A stretch of DNA of 43,861 nt from a virus (lineage: Duplodnaviria; Caudoviricetes), in IMG/VR virus record IMGVR_UViG_3300046832_000271, positions 1 through 43,861 of that record; one strand, given 5' to 3'. The translations under genes were made by a program, and so were the position numbers. This document shows, in pieces, positions 36,431 through 43,861 of the stretch. Within the stretch, counting starts at the first letter, position 1, and each line of letters begins with the position of its first letter. The notes under the pieces were generated by a model. That model did not search any database. It saw nothing but the letters and a program-made list of their open reading frames with translations, and was not told the DNA's origin.

Positions 36431-37543
36431 TTATCCTTTACCTAATACGTTCGCTAAACCAAGTCCTGCTAAACCTAAACCACCAATTTGAGATATGGTT
36501 GAAGGTTGTGGCGTATATTGAACTTGAGTTGAACCCAATGCTGCGGCATTACCACGAAGAATATTACTGAGGTATTCAAGTTGTTGTTTTTGATAGTTCT
36601 GTTGTTCTTGGAATGTTTGATATTTAAGATCATTAATTTGTTGTTGAAGTGCTTGTTTTTCACCTTCAGTAGCAGCTTGTGCTTTAAGTCTTTCAAGGTT
36701 AGCAGTCTGTGTAGCTGCAGCAACAGCGGCTTGTTTACCTGATGCATCAATACCTGTAGTAAGACCTGCAAGTCCAATATCTTTACCAAGACCTGCTTGA
36801 TATTGTTGAGCTTGTTGACCGAGTTGTGCTGCTTGCATACGACGTGCTTGATCACGTTCAAATTGTTGTTGAGCACTTTGAAAGGCAGATTCTTGTCCTT
36901 TAGCTCTAATATCACCAATATTTAAGTTAGCGCCTCTTTCTTGTTCAGCTTGTAATAAAGCTTGACGGGCTCCGCCAAATGTACCGCGACCAATAGATCC
37001 TAATGCGCCTGCTGATTTAGCTAAGTCTCTTTGTTTTTCAGCTTCACGAACTGCAATGTCTGTAACGCCTGTTTGATACGGAGACATATAATATGAAGCT
37101 GCAGGAGCATCAAATGTTCCGCCCGAAATAGCCATAGGGTTATAACCAAACGCTTGACTTAAACCTGTAGCACCCGCACCAAAACCTAAAGTTTGGCCAG
37201 CACCTAATCCTGTAGCAGCTGTACCAAAACCACCTGGCAATGTTAAGCCGCTTACTTCTCTTTGTATAGCTTCTTGTCCTGGAGTAAATCCTGCAATTCT
37301 ATCACCCCCATAAGTAGGCATTGGTTTAACACCCGTAACATTACCTGCTGCATCAGTAGCATAAACATTTTTACCTGTTTGCTTCATTAACTCTTGGTAG
37401 TATGGCTGTGCGTATTCAGGTAAGTTTGTAGAATACGATGTAGAAGTTTGTGGGCCACCACCGCCACCACCTGAGCTACCACCGTAAAAGGTAAATGCTT
37501 CTACTAGGTTAGTTACCCAGTTAAACAAGTTAAATAATTTCAT
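36431..37543 (-). CDS. Putative DNA transfer/pilot (ejection) protein
   Basis: Gly/Gln/Ala-rich; poly-Gly after short leader; FGGARQ motif; C-terminal GLGLAGLG. Confidence 0.7.
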   Translation of the reverse strand: MKLFNLFNWVTNLVEAFTFYGGSSGGGGGGPQTSTSYSTNLPEYAQPYYQELMKQTGKNVYATDAAGNVTGVKPMPTYGGDRIAGFTPGQEAIQREVSGLTLPGGFGTAATGLGAGQTLGFGAGATGLSQAFGYNPMAISGGTFDAPAASYYMSPYQTGVTDIAVREAEKQRDLAKSAGALGSIGRGTFGGARQALLQAEQERGANLNIGDIRAKGQESAFQSAQQQFERDQARRMQAAQLGQQAQQYQAGLGKDIGLAGLTTGIDASGKQAAVAAATQTANLERLKAQAATEGEKQALQQQINDLKYQTFQEQQNYQKQQLEYLSNILRGNAAALGSTQVQYTPQPSTISQIGGLGLAGLGLANVLGKG

Positions 37544-37953
37544 AAATCTTTCTCCACAACGTATCTTACAGTATTAAAATTTGATTTGATTTTATATAGC
37601 CTAGCCTGCGCCTCTTGAGCCCACGCGCTTGCTTTTGTTGCACCTTGCAATTTAGCCCATGTTTCTACTTGGCCAAATGTTTCGTTATTTACAATGCCAT
37701 GACCACCTAACGCTGTTATAAACATCACTCTATCATTAGGACGATTTATAAACTCTACGGTCATAGCTCCGTTAAGTACGCCTTTTTCATCAACAGATAC
37801 TAACAACGTTTGTTCATTTCTACCCAATAATAATTTTAATTGGTCTAGAGTAAAGTCGCCTTCACTTACATTAATTGAAGCATTTAAATATTCTTTTACA
37901 TCTTCCCAAACATTATATATGTTATTGGGCGCTACGATTTGTACGGTGTTCAT
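37540..37953 (-). CDS. Putative GNAT-fold acetyltransferase-like protein
   Basis: FITALGG...WAKLQGA...ARLY pattern; position analogous to T7 gp13 / P22 gp14. Confidence 0.55.
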   Translation of the reverse strand: MNTVQIVAPNNIYNVWEDVKEYLNASINVSEGDFTLDQLKLLLGRNEQTLLVSVDEKGVLNGAMTVEFINRPNDRVMFITALGGHGIVNNETFGQVETWAKLQGATKASAWAQEAQARLYKIKSNFNTVRYVVEKDL

Positions 37954-40193
37954 GCAGGCATGTATTTTTCAGGTTTAATTTGTTTACCTTGTTTTTTATT
38001 TCCTGTACGCGCATGTCTTACTTTATCTAACATTGCATATAATCTTTTTGATCCTGCTTTAGAAGATCCATTACCTAGATGAGAAACAACATCTGCTGGC
38101 ACCACAAATTCACCATCAGCTAAACGAGCGGGTTGTTTACCTTCTATTGTAGCAGGGATTGAGTCAGACATACCATCACCTTGACCGTCTAAATAACCGC
38201 CTTTATTGAATCTTCCATTTTTTGCAACTGCAAAACGCTCATACAGAGTTTGTTCGCCGGGTGGCCTAACACTAAATAATCTATTTAATGCTCTTGCTTT
38301 AGGATCATTAGAATTTTCTAATGCACTTTGAAAAGTATTATAAGATTGTTTACCGGTTTCAACATTAAGTGTAGGAAGTTTATCTAAGTTTAAACTTGTT
38401 TCTCCACCTTCTGCATAACCTTGAGGTGCATTCATGCCAGCAAAATAAGTTGGACCCATAGCTACGGAAGGATTAAAACTTGGTGTTATAGGTTGACTAG
38501 GTGCTAATGATCCTAAACCTTGTAGACTTGGTTGACCTTGTTGCATTGGGTCAGTGCCTCTAATTTGTTTAACAATAGATGCCTCGATAGGATTAGTAGG
38601 TTGGTAGTTAGGATCAGCTCTTAAATTAGCAGTGACTTTAGCAATCAGGCTATCATTACTTTGATCTGGCATTTGACCTTGTGTCATTGGCGCATTTCCT
38701 TGCATACCTTGTGTTGGCTGCATAGCACTTTGTATCATTGCTAAATTACCAGCTCCTGCATTTGGATCCATCGACATATCCGGGGTTAAACTTGGTAGTC
38801 CCATTGCATCTTCTTTATCAGAGTCACCACCATCAGCAAAACTTACTGGACCACCTTCAGCCATTTTAGTACGAGACTTCATCATATTATCATACAGATT
38901 TTGACCGATTGTAGATCCATCGTTTAATTTGGCTTTCATAACATAACCAAATCCTTGACCAGGAGGCCCTGCAAGATCAAACAGTGGACTATTTCCAGTG
39001 TAAAAATCATAGAAAAAGCTTTCTGGGGTAGTATAATTTTGTCTTCCTGTTTCTACATTAAGTGAAGGGACTAAATCTAAGTTTAAAGCTCTTTGTTTAT
39101 CTAAGTTCATTCCCACATCACCACCATCAGCATAACCTAGTGTCTGTGCTTGAGTCATAGCTTGTTCGCCAGCAAGATTATTAAGACGTCCTAAACCAAA
39201 ACCTGAAAGTCCTGGAGATATCGTAGGTTGATTATCTGGTGTGCCATATAAGTCTCTTATGCCACCTGATTGAATAGTACCGCCTGTAGCATATAAACGA
39301 AGACCTGTATCACCAGATAAATTCAATGTTGCATTTGGATTATAAGCTTGTTTCTTTTTTGCCTCATCCATATTAATAGGTTCGCCATAAATATCAGAAG
39401 GTTCTAAACCGCCTAATAATGCACCACCTACGGGCAGACCAATTTTAGTAGCCGCTTGAAAATTAGTTAAAGGTTGGGCTCCATCTACAGCGTATGCATT
39501 TTTAAAAGCATCAAATGCACCTGGTTTGCCAGTAATAAGATCACCAGCTCCTCTACCTGCATTAGATAGTGCTGTGAGTTCTTTATCTAAAAAAGAACCT
39601 GTATTAGGTAATGCGCCCCCTGTTTGTTGAACAGTATTCATTGCAGATTGTAACGCAGGATTCATAACTGTTTTATTGGCTAATCCTGTGTTTATATTGT
39701 AGCCTTGATTAATAAGATTATCTATTCCTGCGCCTTGAGTAACGGCTTGTTTACCGCTTTGCAATAAAGAAGGCACATATCCACCGCCGCCTTGAGCTGC
39801 TGCTCCTGCTGCCCCAGTTGACATATTACCCAACCCAAACGATAAATTAGATCCGCCTACACCACCTAATCCGCCCATAAGACCACCCATTAATGGATCT
39901 TTACCTTGAACTTTAGCAAGAACGCCTCCTGTTAAAGCACCGGCTAATAAAGGCTGCATAGCAAAACCAGCGCCTGGGAACATAGCCCCAGCAAACATAG
40001 GAAGTAGTGAACTAAATACTCCACTTAAACTAAACGCTTCAGGAAGACCTGTGTGTGGGTTTATAGTTAAAGAACCACCTTGAGACATAGCTAGACTTTG
40101 TAATCCTGCTACTTCCGTGGGGTTCATGTGAACGAGCATTGAATCGCCGTTACGGCCTAATGATGCTAATCCCTGAGATGTTTGGTATGCCAT
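37950..40193 (-). CDS. Internal virion protein with repeated (Y/F/M)AxGG motifs
   Basis: N-terminal GRNGD..LVH...TINPHTGLPEAF domain; C-terminal GDGMSDSIPA...LADGEFVVPADVV domain. Confidence 0.7.
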   Translation of the reverse strand: MAYQTSQGLASLGRNGDSMLVHMNPTEVAGLQSLAMSQGGSLTINPHTGLPEAFSLSGVFSSLLPMFAGAMFPGAGFAMQPLLAGALTGGVLAKVQGKDPLMGGLMGGLGGVGGSNLSFGLGNMSTGAAGAAAQGGGGYVPSLLQSGKQAVTQGAGIDNLINQGYNINTGLANKTVMNPALQSAMNTVQQTGGALPNTGSFLDKELTALSNAGRGAGDLITGKPGAFDAFKNAYAVDGAQPLTNFQAATKIGLPVGGALLGGLEPSDIYGEPINMDEAKKKQAYNPNATLNLSGDTGLRLYATGGTIQSGGIRDLYGTPDNQPTISPGLSGFGLGRLNNLAGEQAMTQAQTLGYADGGDVGMNLDKQRALNLDLVPSLNVETGRQNYTTPESFFYDFYTGNSPLFDLAGPPGQGFGYVMKAKLNDGSTIGQNLYDNMMKSRTKMAEGGPVSFADGGDSDKEDAMGLPSLTPDMSMDPNAGAGNLAMIQSAMQPTQGMQGNAPMTQGQMPDQSNDSLIAKVTANLRADPNYQPTNPIEASIVKQIRGTDPMQQGQPSLQGLGSLAPSQPITPSFNPSVAMGPTYFAGMNAPQGYAEGGETSLNLDKLPTLNVETGKQSYNTFQSALENSNDPKARALNRLFSVRPPGEQTLYERFAVAKNGRFNKGGYLDGQGDGMSDSIPATIEGKQPARLADGEFVVPADVVSHLGNGSSKAGSKRLYAMLDKVRHARTGNKKQGKQIKPEKYMPA

Positions 40194-40216
40194 AATTGAG
40201 TCCTTAAATATATGCT

Positions 40217-40226
40217 AATAATATCA
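40217..40226 (-). promoter_or_regulatory. Possible extended -10 promoter for internal-protein operon
   Basis: Minus strand reads TG-A-TATTAT upstream of AAGGA RBS. Confidence 0.3.
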
Positions 40227-40239
40227 TGTTTCTAACGCC

Positions 40240-40599
40240 TTATGCTACTGTAATTGTAGGCGCTATGCCTGTTATTGTTACTGTTGAAGTCGGTACCACG
40301 TTGCCATTAAGTACTCTCGGTGCTACACCCACTAAGTTAACTGAGCCTACTACTCCATTAACGTTGCCTGCTAAAACAATCTTTAAAACGCCGTTATCGT
40401 TATATACCGTGCCTACTCTTTGACCTATTGCACTGGTGGGCAGTGCTAATAAAGTTAAACTATCAATGACTATAGGTGTTGTAGAGTCTAGCTGGCGAAA
40501 ATAAGTATTAAGCGCCCGTATAACTTGGTTAAAGTATTCAGGATCATAAGTACTTGGTGCTAACGGTAGTGAGGGTGATGAAAATAGCTTTAAGCTCAT
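40240..40599 (-). CDS. Putative tail accessory protein
   Basis: LPLAP..YD..Y.NQ...L..YF.QLD motif; downstream of tail tube gene. Confidence 0.6.
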   Translation of the reverse strand: MSLKLFSSPSLPLAPSTYDPEYFNQVIRALNTYFRQLDSTTPIVIDSLTLLALPTSAIGQRVGTVYNDNGVLKIVLAGNVNGVVGSVNLVGVAPRVLNGNVVPTSTVTITGIAPTITVA

Positions 40600-40600
40600 C

Positions 40601-42553
40601 TTAGTTTCTTAGTCCATCAGGCCTTGCATCAACACGAGGCATACCTAGTTGCCATTGAACCCCTACTCCATTAGAACTAATTTTAAAGTTCATCTGCCTA
40701 CCACGTGCTCTTACAAATACTTGGTTTGTATATTGATTAATCGTAGCGGTTGTAGTACCTGTCACAGTCACAGTCTCGGCCGTTGATTCACCTTCTGCAT
40801 TAGTAGTTGACGATGTAGCACCTGGGAAATTACGTACCCCTACCGTTAAAGTTACTTCTGGTGTGAGTGGCGCACTTGTTACACTATTTGTTAAATCGGA
40901 ACTTGTAAAATTCACATCTGGAATCACACGACGTATGAGCATGTATTTATCGCCGTCTTCAATGTCAATGTCTGCAGATTGTATATAGGATTCAATAGGT
41001 AACGGCGGCGCATTCAAGGGTTGTCCATCATCGTGACCTAGTTCGTGTTGGTATAAATAGCCTTGGTCTGTAGCAAGAGGGAAATCAACCACGCCTGCAT
41101 CAATCCACGCAGTTCTTTGTATTTTACCAAAGTACCAAATGTTTTCACTATAATTATAAACAACGTAGCTATCAATTTCAGTAGCACCTAAAGAACAATA
41201 GAACCAAACAACTTCGTTAAACTCCGCATTAGACCCCGCAAAGAAAATTTGTTTTTGGTTTCTATTTAAGTTATCAAAGATATACTGACGTAGTGTACAA
41301 GGTAGCGTATCTACTCGACCTGAATAAATATAGAACTTATCATTACCCATCCAGTAAACCACGTTATTAGCAGATACTACGACATTAGGCCCAGCAATAG
41401 ATAAGTTAGACGCAATAAGTGATTGACCAAATACTTCAGAAGTACCTAAAAATTGTAGTGACGTTAAAGATATATCAGTCCAGATTAAAACTTCTTGTTT
41501 TGTAGATAGCCCAGCAACAATTTGTGAACCTGCTTGTAGTCTTAAGAACCCTGCTGTATTAGTTAAAGTAGGTTGCCAGTTTTCAGGTTCTGGACCAATA
41601 TCAGGATCTACGTTAGACCATCGTACAAGTAGTGGATCGTAAGTTCCTAAGTAATTAGGCGCAGCAGCTGCCGCATTATAATTAGTACAACCAAGGGCTA
41701 GTAAGAAACCTTGTGGCGAGAATAATACTTTAGTCACTTGTTGAGGGACTGCGACAGCACCTGGTATAGCACTTAGTAATACCGCGCGTGTATTAAATAA
41801 AGCGTTATAAACCCAATAATAAATGTTATCGTACTGAATATTAAAAATTAAGTCGTTATTAAATTTGTCTTGGAAAATAAGTCTTGCGGGTAAAAACACA
41901 GGTACCGTTGAACCAGAACCCCACGCACCTCGTGACCACGCACCTGCGCCCCAACCATAACCTACAGCGCTTGAGACTAAACCTGGAGTTATTTGACATG
42001 CAATACTAATGTTTGTACCGCCTTGACTTGATGCAGTACTTGTAGCAGCGGTAGTTACTGTGATAGTAAAGGTTGTAGAATTAAGTACAGTCACTACGTG
42101 TTCAGCGTTGATTTCAGCAATCGGAATGCCACCTATGGTAGGGCCTGTAGCGCCACTTATAGTGACATAGTCACCCGTAGTTAAACCATGTGCAGCTACT
42201 ATAATCGTAACGACTTTAGAAGTAATAGTAGTGTTAATGCAATTATTTGTAGCAGGAGATACAAGGGTAGTTCTTAACGGCGTAATATCGGCTATATTTG
42301 TGCCAAAGGCCACATACACTTTAACATTAGTGCCTATGCCCGTTAAATCACTCGCATCTGTAGTAGACCAATTAAATAAACTACGGGCAACGCCGATGAA
42401 AGGTGTTTGATTTTGTACAACCCAGCCACCTATTTTTTCAGGAAAGCCTGAACGAAAGCGAACTTTATCCATGTCAAACCAACTACCTTCAGAGGCATAA
42501 TTAGTTTGATCTCGGTTTGCACCTGGTTTAAATACTAGTTTACTTAGTGGCAT
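40601..42553 (-). CDS. Tail tubular / DNA stabilisation protein (P22 gp10-like beta-propeller) with FCCH-like insertion
   Basis: VRFRSGFPEKIGGW, VRWS, EVVWFY, YVVYNY.E..W, RARGRQ motifs; HGLTTGDYVTISGA insert. Confidence 0.75.
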   Translation of the reverse strand: MPLSKLVFKPGANRDQTNYASEGSWFDMDKVRFRSGFPEKIGGWVVQNQTPFIGVARSLFNWSTTDASDLTGIGTNVKVYVAFGTNIADITPLRTTLVSPATNNCINTTITSKVVTIIVAAHGLTTGDYVTISGATGPTIGGIPIAEINAEHVVTVLNSTTFTITVTTAATSTASSQGGTNISIACQITPGLVSSAVGYGWGAGAWSRGAWGSGSTVPVFLPARLIFQDKFNNDLIFNIQYDNIYYWVYNALFNTRAVLLSAIPGAVAVPQQVTKVLFSPQGFLLALGCTNYNAAAAAPNYLGTYDPLLVRWSNVDPDIGPEPENWQPTLTNTAGFLRLQAGSQIVAGLSTKQEVLIWTDISLTSLQFLGTSEVFGQSLIASNLSIAGPNVVVSANNVVYWMGNDKFYIYSGRVDTLPCTLRQYIFDNLNRNQKQIFFAGSNAEFNEVVWFYCSLGATEIDSYVVYNYSENIWYFGKIQRTAWIDAGVVDFPLATDQGYLYQHELGHDDGQPLNAPPLPIESYIQSADIDIEDGDKYMLIRRVIPDVNFTSSDLTNSVTSAPLTPEVTLTVGVRNFPGATSSTTNAEGESTAETVTVTGTTTATINQYTNQVFVRARGRQMNFKISSNGVGVQWQLGMPRVDARPDGLRN

Positions 42554-43002
42554 TATTTACCTTCAAAGAGTGCTTTCTCATCTAATCTACGGATTTGTAG
42601 ACCTCGTAGTATTTTACCACCTGCACGACAATATTTCACTAACGATTCCATAGCCGCCTTTTTATCCCCGCGAAGAAGCGCTTGACGGAGTGTTGATCTT
42701 TGAAAGCATCCAAGGCCCAAATTGAAGCAAAAACTAATAATAGCGTCAAATTCATGTTGTCGAAGAGGCACGTTAGGTAGCATCTTATGTACTCCCAACT
42801 CGAAGCGACGTAGGTCGGATTTAAGAATTCCATCTATTTCAGCTTCCGTAAAAGTTCTGTTCCAAGAATCAGGCAAAGATTTGCCATCGCCGATAAGGTG
42901 ACCCACACCAACAGTCCAAAGGTTTGCAGGGCAACGATAGGGACGACTACGCACGCCTTCGTGATGTTTAATAAGAGCAATAGCGGCTTTTGATACCTTC
43001 AC
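42553..43002 (-). CDS. Endolysin, GH24 lysozyme
   Basis: HEG..PY.CPA..WTVGVGH catalytic motif; FCFNLG; GL..RR..E..LF. Confidence 0.92.
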   Translation of the reverse strand: MKVSKAAIALIKHHEGVRSRPYRCPANLWTVGVGHLIGDGKSLPDSWNRTFTEAEIDGILKSDLRRFELGVHKMLPNVPLRQHEFDAIISFCFNLGLGCFQRSTLRQALLRGDKKAAMESLVKYCRAGGKILRGLQIRRLDEKALFEGK

Positions 43003-43488
43003 TTATTTCTTTTCCCAAGTTCTTGAACCAAAGTAGAAACCAATAATAGATGCTACGATAGCCATTTCATCAGTAGAGAATACCTCTTGTGAAGCTACAA
43101 TAAAGTCAACACCAGAATACATAGCCCACGCTAATGATACAAAATTAATAAGCACTAGCTCACCTACAAAGATAAATGCTACTACAGGTCTTACCATAGC
43201 ATTCCAATTCTTGACTGTTTGAGAACCGCCTTCTACTAATTTCTTATCGTGATCATATAAAGCTGTACGTTCTTGAGCGTACGTTTCTGCGTACGTGCCT
43301 TCTAATTCAATAGCTGCAATCTTTTCTTGAGCTACAAAACCTTTTTCTGCCATAAGTAATGCTTGGGCATTTTGTAATTGAGCCATTTCACGCTCGTGTT
43401 TTTGATCTCCCTTTTGTTGGAAGAAGCTTAAAATATTTGGTAGCCCCGCAGTAGCGAAGCCGAGAATTGAGGAGAGGATGGATAGCAT
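43003..43488 (-). CDS. Putative holin-like membrane protein (GTA 3TM-holin type)
   Basis: VRPVV TM segment, C-terminal IIGFYFGSR..EK; adjacent to endolysin. Confidence 0.65.
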   Translation of the reverse strand: MLSILSSILGFATAGLPNILSFFQQKGDQKHEREMAQLQNAQALLMAEKGFVAQEKIAAIELEGTYAETYAQERTALYDHDKKLVEGGSQTVKNWNAMVRPVVAFIFVGELVLINFVSLAWAMYSGVDFIVASQEVFSTDEMAIVASIIGFYFGSRTWEKK

Positions 43489-43489
43489 A

Positions 43490-43861
43490 TTAATTATTCA
43501 ATGGGTTTACCATTGCCTTTCGTAGTTGTTTCATTTCGTCTTTAACGTTTGTGACTGTGTCTGCGATTTTATCTGCAGTAGCTTTAGCAACACTATTAGC
43601 TTCAATAGCACGACCATAAGCTTCGTTTGCTTTTTCTAATGCTCGGTTGTTAGACATCATCACATCAACTAATTGACGCTCAGTAGAACGTGATCTATCT
43701 TCTAAAACTATAATGCGAGTCTCAACAGAGCTCATCTTTTTTACTTCCTCAATCGTCGAGGTCAAATCGTTGAAGAGGGTTATCCCGTAATATACTGCGC
43801 CACCTATTGGCACTAGCACGGATAAGATAATCCCCAGTATCATTTGCGCTGATAAATTCAA
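43490..43861 (-). CDS. Membrane-anchored coiled-coil protein (5' end may lie outside window)
   Basis: N-terminal TM followed by coiled coil, ends NPLNN; lysis cluster. Confidence 0.65.
   Translation of the reverse strand: MNLSAQMILGIILSVLVPIGGAVYYGITLFNDLTSTIEEVKKMSSVETRIIVLEDRSRSTERQLVDVMMSNNRALEKANEAYGRAIEANSVAKATADKIADTVTNVKDEMKQLRKAMVNPLNN

Noticed and set aside
35099-36918. Alternative-frame ORFs 35099-35308 and 36475-36918
   Set aside because: Typical L/K/N-rich +1 shadow translations, unlike the acidic RBS-bearing ORF at 33555-33746
1-43861. Diversity-generating retroelement, retron, integrase or alternative genetic code
   Set aside because: No reverse transcriptase or recombinase motifs seen; core genes are intact under the standard code and TAA, TGA and TAG all serve as stops

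Overview
AT-rich fragment of a tailed dsDNA bacteriophage (Caudoviricetes), most of a probably podovirus-like genome. Left, minus strand: N-terminus of the major capsid protein (cut by the window edge), decoration protein, scaffold, GroES-like co-chaperonin, portal, and large and small terminase. A non-coding switch region (7966-8299) carries a G-tract cluster. Plus strand: early small, mostly acidic ORFs interrupted by a repeat-rich, IHF-site-containing non-coding block (putative origin, ~9260-9770), then a replication module (family A DNA polymerase, Cas4-like exonuclease, SNF2 helicase, SSB-like protein, primase-helicase, several HNH/GIY-YIG nucleases). Right, minus strand: lysis genes, tail tube/stabilisation protein and internal virion proteins, including a 1748-aa polyvalent protein with ADP-ribosyltransferase-like and zincin domains. 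I saw no integrase, tRNA, CRISPR or reverse transcriptase. Most notable: (1) an overprinted 63-aa gene with its own RBS inside the polyvalent protein gene, ending just before the ART-like domain; (2) structured RNA candidates upstream of polA, including an anti-Shine-Dalgarno loop; (3) a hairpin-sequestered leader minigene coupled to the primase; (4) the iteron/IHF origin-like region. All product calls come from motif recognition by eye, not database searches.
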